Shown piece by piece: positions 37,560 to 49,770 of a DNA stretch of 64,000 nucleotides (positions are counted from its first letter, which is position 1; the number at the start of each line of letters is the position of its first letter). Source of the DNA: Octopus sinensis (taxonomy: Eukaryota); NCBI RefSeq assembly GCF_006345805.1, contig NC_043003.1:52018001-52082000 (forward strand), read 5' to 3'. A program made the translations under genes and the position numbers. A model generated the notes under the pieces. It ran no database searches, was not told where the DNA came from, and saw nothing but the letters and a program-made list of their open reading frames with translations.

Positions 37560-38130
37560 ACGCCTCCTATAGGATCCCCCGATCTCAACCAAATTTTACT
37601 CAAATCATATCTTTTCCAGTTAAGACGTTCGAGTCACTCAACTTCATTGTTGTCCAAAGAGAGAACTGCAGCCGTGAAATCTGATTAAGAAAAGAGGATC
37701 AGCTCTGTGGTACTTGTGAACATTATGGAGAGATTGGGCCCTCAGCAAAAGTATCAAACTGAAGCTTCGTAAAGCTTTAGTCTGGCCAGTAGCCATTATA
37801 AGGGAAAAGAAAGGTTATGCAGCTGAGGGTGTTTGAGATGATGTACTAGAGGAGAGCGTTGCAGATCCACTGGGTGACCCGTAAGACGAACAATTCAGTC
37901 CTCGAGGAGACAGAAGTTGAATGAAAGTGTGTTGATAGTCAGACAGCAAAACTACAATATTTTGCCGACGTTTTTAGGGCCCAGAAACTCTATGCCTGCT
38001 TCCTTTAAGGTTGAGATGTTGGAAAGCCTCGCAGGCGACGAAGATGAAGATGAACAATGAAATCAAGGATTAGACAGGAAGAACTTCGGTGGAACACTAG
38101 AAAATACTCTGTGACGAGGAACTGTAGCAG
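37560..38130 (+). mobile_element. Old RTE (BovB-like) LINE 3' fragment
   Basis: VKTFESLNFI...ENCSREI, WRDWALSKSIKLKLRKALVWPVA, LRVFEMMY*RRALQIHWVTRKTNNSVLEE. Confidence 0.7.
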
Positions 38131-38139
38131 TATCCACCA

Positions 38140-38270
38140 TTCTTTCGTTTGTTCGTTCGTTCGTTCGTTCGTTCGTTCGTTCGTTCGTTCGTTCGTTCGT
38201 TCCTTTCTTCCTTCCTTCCTTCCTTCCTTCCTTCCTTCCTTCCTTCATTCATTCATTCATTCATTTATTC
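38140..38270. repeat. Graded tetranucleotide array (TTCG)n-(TTCC)n-(TTCA)n
   Basis: Direct reading. Confidence 0.9.
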
Positions 38271-38421
38271 ATATATACTACCTGACGGAGAGAGAGTGAT
38301 CACGACGGAATGCTTTTCTTTGATCATATTTCTTCTCTCTTAAAGAACCTCGGTTTAAAAAAATGAATTGCATACATGCATTTATTTACTTCGTTCGTCT
38401 GCTTGCCGACTATATATATAT

Positions 38422-38472
<51 letters not shown>

Positions 38473-39084
38473 TAATAAATAAAATATATGCATACATACA
38501 TACATACATGTACGTACATACATCTACATGTATATATACATGCATATATAAATATATATACGTGAGTACAGGACACCACAAATAGACGTAGAACTCAACG
38601 AGAAACGAAAACGGAAAAACAGGCATGGAACAGACTATTTTTTTACAACGAAAAACAGAGTACAAGACAAACTACACAAGGAAAAATCCCCTTCATCAGC
38701 TGTCCCTAGTTCAACTCTAGCGTGTTTCGAAGGTGAGGACAGAAGACGACTCGTCGAACTAGCCCTTCCTGCGAAAGAATTAAATAAAATTACTTCGCAG
38801 TAATTACTTGGAGAAGAAGAAACGAAACGAACGAATCGAATCGAATCGACGCGAGGGCGCTATATGTGTGTGTGCGTAGTTATGCATCTATTAGAGACAA
38901 ATCAGGCATGGTAGTAGTTAAAAAGGAAAAGTTGTTGTGCCCCGGCAGCTAGGCAAACTGAGGTGATACAGAGAAACGTGACCCGTCTGTAGACAGCACG
39001 AAACATTTACAGTGTATTTGATATTACCTCACATGAAACAAAAGCACACGAATATAGAATCTCATAATATTGTTTTGCATAAGG

Positions 39085-39660
39085 GTAAGGCAGCGAGCTG
39101 GCAGGTTCTTATTGCACCGGACAAAATACAAAGTGGCATTTCTTCCGTCTTTTTATGTTCAAATGCTGTCGAGGTCGACTTTACCTTTCATCCTTTTCGG
39201 AGTCGACAAAATAAGTACCAATTGAATCCTGGGGAACGACGTAATCGTCTTACCTCTTCGTCTAAAAATACTGGCTTGCTGCCAACATTTGAAATCTTTA
39301 GGGAGGTGAGCTGGCAGAATCGGTAGAGCGTCAGAAAAAAAATATTTCGCAGTATTTGTTCCGACTTTTAAAACAAAGCGACGAGCTGGTAGAGTCGTTA
39401 AAGTGTCGGACAAAAATACCTGGCGTAGTTCTTTCGACTCATTATGTTTTAAGTTCGGATTCTGCCGGGGTTAACTTTGCCTATCATACTTTTGTGGTCG
39501 ATACAGTAAGCACCAGTGTAATTACTTGTACTTATAGGTTGGCGTTCCGGCCTTGATTATGCTGGTACTAGTAAGTACCATTGTAAATACTGGTACATTG
39601 ATAAGTACTGGGGTCGATGTAATCGACTTGCCTCCCCTACCCTCAAAATTTCTGGCTCCA
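39085..39660 (+). mobile_element. Three degenerate family C SINE pieces in tandem
   Basis: Three gagctggcag/gagctggtag heads at ~39095, ~39308 and ~39383. Confidence 0.65.
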
Positions 39661-40346
39661 TCCTAAAATTACAAAGAAATTATTATTATTATTATTTCCA
39701 TTTTCGTTTGTGAAAATATTTTCACAAAAATAATGAAAACGAAACTCGAATTGAAATTATCTTCGTTAATCCAGATCAACGCTTCAAAGGATGGTAAAAT
39801 AGGGGAAATATATAAATAATAGTTGCTAACTGTTACTGTTGGTTGGGATATCACTACACTACTGTTTTACACCACCCACTAATGTTTCCGCTGTTTACAT
39901 TAAATAGAGACTGCTTTTTAAAAAAAAATCATAGTGTGAGAGAGGAGTGAGATTTAATGAAGCTCAGCTTTTGTTGCCTTTGCTTGTATGTTTTGTGGGG
40001 TGAGGTTTTTGGAGTTGGATGATAGAGATCTGTTTCCGTCTCTCCCTTGTCTTTTTGTCATTCTTGGGTTGAGTTTCGAGCAAGTACTGAATCAACACTA
40101 TTAATAATATCGCTTACAACGGCAGTAACAACGATGGTACCTGTAACCAGCCGATTGAATCGCATGAAGATATAACAACCGACTAACTCTCGCTTAAATC
40201 AAGTCTAACCGTCTTTAAAAATGAGTTATTTGAAAAAAAAAATTTTTTTAAGATGGGATATAATCATGGCCGGAACGCCAACCGATAAATAAGGATAAAA
40301 TGTGATTGGTGCAGGAGTGGCTGTGTGGTAAGAAACTAGAATTAAA

Positions 40347-40563
40347 AGGTTTTTTTGTCCGACACTTTAACGACTCTACCAGCTCGTCGCTTTGTTTTAA
40401 AAGTCGGAACAAATACTGCGAAATATTTTTTCTGACGCTCTACCGATTCTGCCAGCTCACCTCCCTAATGATTTCAAATTTTGGCAGCAAGCCAGTATTT
40501 TTAGACGAAGAGGTAAGACGATTACGTCGTTCCCCAGGATTCAATTGGTACTTATTTTGTCGA
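40347..40563 (-). repeat. Inverted copy of 39203-39421 flanked by tagaattaaa direct repeats
   Basis: Base-by-base reverse-complement match with few differences. Confidence 0.9.
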
Positions 40564-40564
40564 T

Positions 40565-42220
40565 TAGAATTAAAGGGGGATCAGCTAAGAAGCGTTTAGA
40601 AAATTGGTCAACCCATTTTAAAAACCTCCTTGGGAAGAATGCCAAAATCCCTGATAACCCCACTCTTCCAAGTGTGCCTATATCAGACACGCTGGACATC
40701 AACACCTCCCCTGTTACCATATTTGAACTAACAGCAGCCACCAAGCAACTAAAAGCCTCGAAAGCATTTGGTCTCGACAACATCCCAGCTATAATTTTGA
40801 AGGATGATAGATTTCACACACTTTTGCTCAACCTCTGCAACCACATACTTTCCACCTTTGTCGCTCCAAAGATTCGGAATCTCAAATCATCCCAATACCC
40901 CAAAAAGGCGATTTATCCCTCGTCACCAACTACAGGGGTATATCTCTAATGTCAATTGCTGCAAAACTGTACAACAAACTGATCCTAAATCGTCTTGTCC
41001 TTTTTTGTTTGTTGAACCTTTGCTCTGAAAGAGCCAAAATGGATTCAGACATGGGCGCTCAACGCTGAGCCAGATACTATGCCTACGCAGACTTATTGAA
41101 GAATCAAAAGCATTTAATCGCGATCTTGCAATGGTATTTGTAGACTTTTCTAAAGCGTTCGATTCTGTAGATAGGTACAAGATGTTTGAAATCCTTAAGC
41201 TCTATGGGATACCAGACAAAATCATTTCTGCCATCAAGGTCCTCTACACAGATACGTCTTAACCATCTTAACCCCTGACGGAGAAACATCATCTTTCTCA
41301 ATCAAAGCCGGAATACTGCAGGGAGATACACTCGCCCCATTTCTTTTCATCATTGTTGTTGATTATGTGCTACGTATGTCAGTTGATACCATCTCTGGCA
41401 AGGGCTTTGAAATAAAACCAAGAAGAAGTTCCAGACACCCAGCTGAGTACTTGACAGACACTGACTTTGCTGACGACATCGCTCTTAGTGATTCTCTCTC
41501 CAATGCCCAGTCTCTTTTACAATCTCTTGAACAAGCCTCAAATTGTGTACGTCTTTACCGCAATGAGGCCAAGACTGAATACATAAACAAGTGCCTGTCC
41601 AACAGTGATTGCATCATCCATACTCTCAATAATGCGCCCTTAAATATGGCTTCTGATTACAAATATCTTGGGTCATACATATCATCATCTGGAAAAGACT
41701 TTCTAACTAGAAAGGATATGGCCTGGTCAGCCTGTAATGACATGCATAAGATCTGGTCATCAAATCTAAGTAGAGACTTCAAACTTGAAATCTTCAAAGC
41801 CACAGTCAAACCAATTTTACTATATGGCTCAGAAACCTGGACGTTATCAAAGAAGCTTGAGAGGCAGTTGGATGGAACCTACACTCGCCTCCTTATGAGA
41901 GCTCAAAATCTCTCGTGGAAGCGCCATCCAACCAAAATGCAAATATATGGGAAACTACCACCTGTGTCATCTCTTGTGAAAGGTAGGAGAGTCCAGTTTG
42001 CTGGACATTGTTGTAGAGCTGAAAAAGAGGTAATTTCTACTCTTCTCCTCTGGAAGCCATCTACTCGCAATACCAGAGGGCGTACACTCTCCTACCCTGA
42101 TGTAATCTCCAGGGATACAGGCATCCAGCAACAGGACCTCCGTAATGCCATGATGGACCGTGAAGTCTGGCGTAGCATGGTAAATTCCATTGTCTCGACC
42201 ACGGTCGAACAATGATGATG
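40565..42220 (+). mobile_element. RTE-clade LINE, 5'-truncated, RT domain with frameshifts
   Basis: DFSKAFDSV, GILQGDTLAPFLF, DFADDIAL, YLGS, ILLYGSETW; (TGA)n tail; TSD aagaaact at 40330-40337 and 42221-42228. Confidence 0.92.
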
Positions 42221-42359
42221 AAGAAACTTGCTTCCAGACCACATGGTTCAGTCCTACTGCGTGGCACCATGGGCAAGAGTCTTCTACTTTAGCTTCGGGC
42301 CGACCAAAGCCTTGTGAATGGATTTGGTAGAGGAAACTGAAAGAAATACGTTGTATGTA

Positions 42360-42418
<59 letters not shown>

Positions 42419-42448
42419 TATATATATACACACACACACATACATATA

Positions 42449-42987
42449 CAGGGTGCGTACAGTATCTGTGGACATACCTTTTTGGGGTGATTGTGAGGTC
42501 CTGGAAATAATTGTTAAGCCCTGGATAGACAGTGTATGCAATGGGAGGCCATATGTGCTTCAGTAAGACTCTGTACTATCACACGTGGCTCTAGTAACAC
42601 AGGAACGGGTGGATGAAAATTTTCATGATCACATAACCGCTAACATTTGGCCTTCTAATCCCCAGATTTCAATCCACTGGACTATTACATGTGGAGTGTT
42701 GTTGAGAGTGAGGTTAATGAACACGCCTATAACACCAAAGATTCTTTGAAAGCTGCCATAGTCAGAGTAATGTGCAAAATGAACCAGGACCACTTGATTC
42801 GAGCATGTAGATGATTTAGATCTCATATAGAAGCAGTTGTTGAAGCTGAAAGTGGCTTTATTGAATAACATTATAGAAAAGGTTTATTTTTATCGTCATG
42901 GCATTTTTGGATAAATAAAGTTATCTATTATTATATACCTGTTTTTTTATAAACATAAATCTGTCCTCAAATATCTTACGCATCCTG
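42449..42987 (+). mobile_element. Internally deleted maT/DD37D-like mariner
   Basis: TA|cagggtgcgta...tacgcatcctg|TA ends; transposase C-terminal remnant PWIDSVCNGRPYVLQ. Confidence 0.85.
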
Positions 42988-43509
42988 TACAAATGTATAT
43001 TTATCTAGGTGTGTGTATTTGTATCTGTGTTTGTCCCCCCCCCCCATCACCGCTTGACAACCAGTGTTGGTTTGCTTCCGTCCCTGTAAATTAGCGGTTC
43101 GACAAAAGAGACCGACAGGATAAGTACCAGGCTTAAAATATAAGTCCTGGGGTCGATTTATTCGTTCAAAAATTCAAGGCGGTGCCCCAGCATGGCGGCA
43201 GTCAAATGACTGAAACCAATAAAAAATAAAAGATCATAAAACAAGAACGAAATGCAGATGAACCCAAACGTTAAATGATCTCAAAACCGTAGACCCCACG
43301 CAAAAGAAACTGTATGAAAGGACATTTGTAAAGATCAGAACAGCTTTAATAAAAAAAATGCAGAGCTTCCTACAGCTCCTGCATTCGAGACAGTACTAAT
43401 ACTACTCTCATCAACATCCTCAACCACATCCAATTGATGAAACGATTCTGACTGATTGTTATGAAGTGGTTCACAAACACACTCCAGCCTCTAGTTCACA
43501 GACATACTA

Positions 43510-44756
43510 TTAGGTTGTAAGCAACGTTTTGAACCATGAAGAATTTGTACCGGATTTTTGCAGAGTTTTGAATTTTATTAAAAACACTTCTCTACAATTG
43601 TCTGATAATAGACATAGACATGCCCAAATGCATCAATAAATTAACATTGATTTTTTTTCACCGTTGTTACAATCATCTGAAATGGAACTGTCAAAGCGCG
43701 ATATTCGAGCAATTTTACTATTCAACTTCAAAAAAGGATGTAAAGCAGCTGAAACCGCTCGCAATATAAACGAAACGTTTAGGAGGAAATGACCAGTGAG
43801 TGGTCAGCTCGAAAATGGTTTAAGCGATTTCGCAGTGGAGATCTGAGCCTTGAAGGTCGTGAGTGTAGTTGACGCCCATCTGTCATCGATGACGGTCAAT
43901 TAAAGATTGTCATTGAGAAAGATCCACGTAAAATCACTCGAGAACTGGCAAAATTTGCCAGAAAACTGCCTGCAACCATTTGCATGCGATCGGAAAATCA
44001 AAAAGGCTCGACAAATGGGTATCACACAATTTGAATGAAAATCAGAAAATGCGCAGATATGAAATGTGCTCGTCGCTTCTTCTCCGTAACCAGACCGATC
44101 TATTTCTCGGCTGTATGGTAACTTGCGATGAAAAGTGAATTCTGTACATTAATAAAAAAAAACGTTCTTTGCAGTTGTTTGTCCAAAGTGAAGCACTGAA
44201 AACCTTCCCTAAACCCGAGTTCTTAAAAAAGAAGGTTATGGTGTGCTGCTGAACTCATTTGCTATAACTTCTTAAAACAGGAGAAAACCATTACTGCAGA
44301 AACATATTGCCATGAAATTGCCAAAATGAACGAAAAATTGCTACTCCTCCGTCCTTGACTGGTCAACAGAAGGGGGCCAATCATTCTTCATGACAATGCT
44401 CAATCACATGTTTCACTAATGACGCTCCAGAAGTTGAGGGAACTTAGCTACAAAGTTCTTCCCCACCCAGCTTATTCTCCAGACATTTCTCCTACCGACT
44501 ACCACTGTTTCAAGCACTTTGATTGCTTCCTGCGAGAGTTCAAAAATCAAACCGATGCTGAAAGTGCGTTCAAAAAGTTCATCAGCTCCAGAACTCCAGA
44601 TTTTTATGTTACCGCAATAAACAAACTTGTAATTCGTTGGCAAAAATGTGTTGATTGTAATGGTACTTACTTTGATGAAAAAAATTACTGCATTATTGAA
44701 ATATATTGTGATGAATTTCATGTTTCAAAACGTTGCTTACTTTTTACTCAGCCTGA
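43510..44756 (+). mobile_element. Full-length but dead mariner (Mos1/Hsmar1-like)
   Basis: TIRs ttaggttg..taagcaacgttttgaa and ttcaaaacgttgcttac..cagcctga|TA; MELSKRDIRAILLFNFKKG, VTCDEK, HDNA and HPAYSPDISPTDYH motifs, with stops and frameshifts. Confidence 0.9.
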
Positions 44757-45449
44757 TATATTCTCTCTGTCTTTTCTATCACTTCTGTGTTGGGCACTGT
44801 TCCTGAGAGCTGACTGGTTTCGTGTCGCACTCACTTAGGTCCTGCCGATTCACTCGTCTCCTCTTTTATTACCTATACTGTGCCCACCACCCCTATTCAC
44901 CCACATTAACCACTACACTCAGTTCCTTCTCCCCTGTATGTAAGTATAAAAATGGCATCTGCAGTCGTGATGCGGTAGTTGAATCATAGCAAAGCAAAAT
45001 CCTTTTGTCGCTGGCAACATAAATTGCTTGTAAATTTTATTTCCTGGGTGTTGTTTGGTACATCTTTTATCTTCAATCTTCCAGAGTTCTTCTCCAGAGA
45101 CATCACACTGGTTGTCTTCCACATCCAAAGAACTAACAGTATTAACCTGTCCTTGAGTTTTGTAACACACGGCTTTGAAACGAAAGAATTATAAAACAAT
45201 CAGATCGCACAGTCTGCTAGAAATAACAGCTGAATCTCCTTCACATCACGCTGACCGGACGATTCAAATAGGAAAAGAAAGAGAAATCTGAAAAAAAAAG
45301 AAAAAGAAAAAAGAAGAAAGACAGGATAGTTTTAGCTGGAACATTTTCGAATGGAGGTATGCTCAAACAGAGTTGCTACGAGTTATAAAGCAATAGCAAT
45401 AACTACAACAAAGCAGTAGCGATGAATGATAAGATAGAACGTCTACACT

Positions 45450-45883
45450 GGTTTCAAATTTTGGCACAAGGCCAGCAATTTCGGGGAAGTGGGTTAGTCG
45501 ATTATATTGACATCAGTGCTCAACTGGTACTTATTTTATCGACTCTGAAAGGATGAAAGGTGAAGTCGATCCTCGGTGGAATTTAAACTCAGAATGTAAA
45601 GACGGACGAAATGCCGCTAGCGATTCTTATTTCTTTACTGCCCAAAAGGGGCCACACACAGAGGGGACAAACAAGGACAGACAAACGGATTAAGTCGATT
45701 ATATCGACCCCAGTGCGTAACTGGTACATATTTAATCGACCCCGAAAGGATGAAAGGTAAAGTCGACCTCGGCGGAATTTGAACTCAGAACGTAGTGGCA
45801 GACGAAATACCGCTAAGCATTTCGCCCAGCGTGTTAACGATTCTGCCAGCTCGCCGCTAGCGATTCTGCCAGTTCGCCGCCTT
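45450..45883 (-). mobile_element. Family C SINE dimer
   Basis: Two cores and a head ending ...ctcgccgc. Confidence 0.85.
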
Positions 45884-46879
45884 AAAGAGAACGTCTATAT
45901 TAATATTTGTTATGAGTGACAGAGGCAGTATTAGTTCAAAATAGCAATCTGTGTAACATACTTAAAGAAGATGCATTGTTGAAAGCCTAATAAACTGCGG
46001 TCTCTAAATAATATCTATTCTGGACAAATAGAGTACAAAAAAAAACAAAAAAAAAAACACAGAAATATATCAACAGGAGACGAAAACCGTCCAGCAGCAG
46101 TAGTGGCATTGCTAAATACGTATTTCTGTCCCTTTATGTTTCATCAGTCGCAAATATCCACCGGCAAACGTATTCTAAGACAAAATCAACCACCACCGAT
46201 ATAGTAAAACAATGACTGAAAAAAATTACTGATGTCGCAGACAACTTCAAATAACTGAACGAACAGGATGCTGTTTAAGCATCAACTAGGTGGAGGTTAG
46301 AATTCCACCTTGACTTTACATATGCCTGCGGTCAAGATACCTTACTCTCAACGTTGTAGTCCTTTAAGAAGGAACCTTCTTATCGGAAGGAAGAGTACCC
46401 AAGAAGGCACCATTAGATGGTTCAGTCTCTTCTGGTCTGCTGGTCTGCACTGCTTTTTCTTACTGATTTCAACCGATCTTTGCCGACTTTCTTTGACTTT
46501 CGGCGATTTAAAACAAATTTACTTTCCTTTACTGACTGCTGCAAGTTTCTGTTCATTTCAAAATGTCTTATGTCATCCCCACAACTCAATTGAGTTCACT
46601 CTATCTTTACTGGTATTTACCGAACATTGGTATTTACTCCTAGTTGGTATTTACTCGAAGTTGTTTTCTACTCAAAGCTGATAGTCGGTCTTTCTTGAAC
46701 GTGGCAACCGATCTTTGCCATCATCGCAACAACTACGCCATTATTTTTTCTCTCTCTCTTCATTTGATAAACTATTTCGTGCTGGACTGCATAGTGTGCT
46801 CCTCAATTAGACGGATCTTTGGAATATCTGGAGCATTTGCCTGAATATTTGCGTGCCAAATATCTCTTTATCTTTTTTT

Positions 46880-47066
46880 TTTTAACTTTTATTTCTTTCA
46901 GTCATTGGACTGTGGCCATACTGGGGTACTGACTTAAAGAGTTTAATCGAAAAAAATCTACACCAGCACTTAGTTTTTAAAGTCTGAATCTTATCCTATC
47001 AGGCTCTTTTGTCGAACCGCTTGAATTGAGAACACAAAAAAAATGAATACCGGTTATCAAGCGAGG

Positions 47067-47075
<9 letters not shown>
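46880..47075 (-). mobile_element. Family A SINE, second half
   Basis: tttcagtcattggactgtggccatactgg...ctcttttgtcgaaccgct. Confidence 0.7.
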
Positions 47076-47124
<49 letters not shown>

Positions 47125-47133
47125 CATCATTAT

Positions 47134-47470
47134 GAAGGCGCATGGTTCAGTGGTTAGAGCGTCGAGCTTACGATCGTGAGGTTGTGAGCTCGAATCGCGG
47201 ACCGGGCTGCGTGTTGTGTTCTTGAGCAAGACACTTTATTTCACGTTGCTCCAGTTCACTCAGCTGTAGAAATGAGTTGCGACGTCACGAGTGCCAAGCT
47301 GTATCGGCCTTTGCCTTTCCCTTGGATAACACTGGTGGCGTGGAGAGGGGAGGCCGGTATGCATGGGCGACTGCTGGTCTTCCATAAACAACCATGCCCA
47401 GACTTGTGACTAGGAGGGTAACTTTCTAGGTGCAATCCCATGGTCAGTGTCGTGACCGAAGGGGGTCCCG
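47134..47470 (+). mobile_element. Family D tRNA SINE, near full length
   Basis: gaaggcgcatggttcagtggttagagc (A box), gagctcgaatc (B box), tcttgagcaagacact core; homologous to 52680-52985. Confidence 0.85.
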
Positions 47471-48132
47471 GATCCGGATTATCATTATTATTATTTTGGT
47501 GAGTGGTGGGGTGCAAAGACAACCATATATTTATATATGGATATGACTGCTTCCATACAGTTTCCGTCGCCCGAATTCATTCACAGAGCATTGCTCAGTC
47601 TGGAGCTATTATAGAAGACACTTGCCCAAAATGCCGGGCAGTGGGATTGAACTCGAATTCACGTGGTTGCCAAGCGCGCTTCTTAACCACACAGCTATTT
47701 TTTAATTGTTAGCCAAAGCAAGAGAGGTGGTGACCGTGGGTTTTATAAATCTTCATAACCAGATAAGAATAAGATTTTTGCATCTGAAACACAACTTGAA
47801 CAGTAGTGGCTGTGTGGTAAGTAGCTTCTTACCAGACAGACGTGCTGTTTTTTGCTCCGGCAAATGTCACGTGTTAACGTGAATTATTGAACATTTTACG
47901 GCAACAGGTAGGACATTTTGGATATTTTTGGAAGCATAGTGAGGTTTATTGCTTGCCGTTAATACTTTTTTGGCATTAATGTTAATTAGTGTTAACACTT
48001 TTCTGCGCGTAATAAGCTTCACTTTGCTTCGGATGTATTTGTTCTGCCTGTTGGCGTATTTATTGTCTCACCTTTTAGTGAGAATTGTGTATTTTGAAGA
48101 GGCATAGCCCCTCCTCAAAAATTAATTTGTTC

Positions 48133-48248
48133 GCTTGGATTTACCACGGAGAACCAATTGTGCTTGGATTGACCACGGAGAACCAATTGTGCTTGGATTT
48201 ACCACGGAGAACCAATTGTGCTTGGATTTACCACGGAGAACCAAGTGT
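48133..48248 (+). repeat. Four 29-bp tandem repeats in the element's 5' UTR
   Basis: gcttggatttaccacggagaaccaattgt x4, no spacers. Confidence 0.95.
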
Positions 48249-48416
48249 GCTGCAACTAGGAGTACCCTGTTTCGTGAGGATTACCAGTTGCAGAACTGTG
48301 TTGCCATTATTTGAACTGTCTTCCTTCGTCCTTTTCTCTGTTCTGTCTTTCTGTTTTGTCATTGTGTTTTTTTCTTATTGGACTTTGAACTTTTAGTTGA
48401 ACTTTTTTTCAAAATC

Positions 48417-49619
48417 ATGGCAACAAAAGAAACCACTGCTTTGGAATGGGAGGTTGTCCCACCCAAGCAGTGGATTGAAAGTCTTGAGAAGAGGACGGTG
48501 GTCCTACGAACCTATTCTAGGTCGCGTGGAGCTATCGCCCTCTTCGACAGGAGCACCATAGAGAAAGAGTTGGGGAACCACCTACCAACGATAAAGTTTA
48601 TTTCTCGGGGGAGTAAATTTGCAACGGTGTGGTTGCTGTTTGGTACCCCCGAGGAAGCTAGCAGATTTGCTAGCGAGCCACTGGAGGGAGAGGAAATGCT
48701 GTTCCTCCCCTCGTATTGTGGCAGAAAAGTAAAAAGAGCCTGGGTTTGTGGGCTGCCCCCGGGCACGGAGGCGGAATGGATCGAGAAGACCATCCGGAGA
48801 GGCCTGGGGGATAGCGGACCCAGGCTACTGAGTGTGAAAATGGCTCCCGCGGTCGCCTGGGAGGGGTCAAAGGCAACTTTGACCCTGTGGACACCGGTGG
48901 CCGTGGGAGAAATGAAATTCCCGGACTTCCTGAGAATGGCTGGGCACAGGTACCCGGTGATACTCGAGGGACGCCCCCCCAAGTGTCACCTGTGCCTGAA
49001 GCCCGGACATATCAAGAGGAATTGTCCCGGGGGCCGTGGTGGTGCCCCGGAGCATGAAAGGGAAAAGGCGCCCGCCGCCCCCTCATTGGAGGGGGAGACG
49101 GTGGAAGTCGTGGAGGAGGTTGCCCCCACGAAAAGAAAGAGACAGGCGAGCAACAATGGCTGCTCGCCAAAGAACGCTCAGGTGGCGGAGGGGGATAGCG
49201 ATCCCCCGTGTCTGGTGACGGAGTCCCCTGGGTCAGCAGTCTCCCCCAAAAGAAGGAGGAGAAAAAGAAAGAAAGGTCGGGCGGCTGATATCCATGAGCC
49301 GCAGACGTTGACGGGAACTGTGCCGCCAACGAAAGAACTGAACGTATTGGTCCTCTTCTATAGAGGAGGAGAAATTGAAAAAAAAATGATGGAAGAGTAC
49401 CACAAGGGAGCTCCTTTAGCCTTCACACAGGACCCCGAATGGCCTCCGCAGATAGCTGTGGAGGCCGTGGCGTTCGACGTGACGCTTGGGCTAAAGGAGC
49501 TCAATGAAGATTATAGCTTGGTCCCGGGCGACGCGAACTCGGAACTTGATTACATTCTGAGGGAGGCGTGTTTGATGGTGGAGGGCGCGGGCACAAGCTA
49601 TTTCGAGGACGATATGTAA
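48417..49619 (+). CDS. Intact Tx1-type ORF1 protein (400 aa) with a CCHC zinc knuckle
   Basis: Uninterrupted from ATG 48417; CHLCLKPGHIKRNC knuckle, basic NLS-like KRRRRKRKK, RRM-like N-terminal half alignable to ORF1 at ~3100-3600. Confidence 0.85.
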   Translation: MATKETTALEWEVVPPKQWIESLEKRTVVLRTYSRSRGAIALFDRSTIEKELGNHLPTIKFISRGSKFATVWLLFGTPEEASRFASEPLEGEEMLFLPSYCGRKVKRAWVCGLPPGTEAEWIEKTIRRGLGDSGPRLLSVKMAPAVAWEGSKATLTLWTPVAVGEMKFPDFLRMAGHRYPVILEGRPPKCHLCLKPGHIKRNCPGGRGGAPEHEREKAPAAPSLEGETVEVVEEVAPTKRKRQASNNGCSPKNAQVAEGDSDPPCLVTESPGSAVSPKRRRRKRKKGRAADIHEPQTLTGTVPPTKELNVLVLFYRGGEIEKKMMEEYHKGAPLAFTQDPEWPPQIAVEAVAFDVTLGLKELNEDYSLVPGDANSELDYILREACLMVEGAGTSYFEDDM

Positions 49620-49634
49620 TTATTGAACTGTTAG

Positions 49635-49770
49635 TATTAATAATGGACTGCCAAGTCCAAAAATTGAAAAATTGAAAGAGGTTTAATACCTCGTTTTGTA
49701 TTTTTATTAATAATGGACTGCTAAGTCCAAAAATTGGAAAAATTGCAAGAGGTTTAATACCTCGTTTTAT
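49635..49770 (+). repeat. 70-bp tandem duplication in the 3' UTR
   Basis: tattaataatggactg.. at 49635 and 49705; each unit has ggac/gtcc and gaggt/acctc hairpins. Confidence 0.9.

Larger units (their letters stand above)
40311..43232 (+). mobile_element. Family A SINE split by an RTE LINE and a mariner
   Basis: Head at 40311-40337, continuation at 42221-42355, second half at 43020-43232. Confidence 0.85.

Noticed and set aside
38690-38745. Permuted hammerhead (GAAA before CTGATGA, minus strand)
   Set aside because: Stem I and stem III do not pair convincingly; at most a decayed Penelope-like terminal repeat.
46110-46150. CTGATGA...GAAA-TACGTA on the minus strand as a hammerhead
   Set aside because: No stem II can be formed.
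46300-46850. Possible LINE remnant on the minus strand
   Set aside because: No diagnostic motif could be read with confidence.
48133-48248. 29-bp repeats as a CRISPR array
   Set aside because: The repeats are contiguous with no spacers, there are no cas genes, and the context is eukaryotic.
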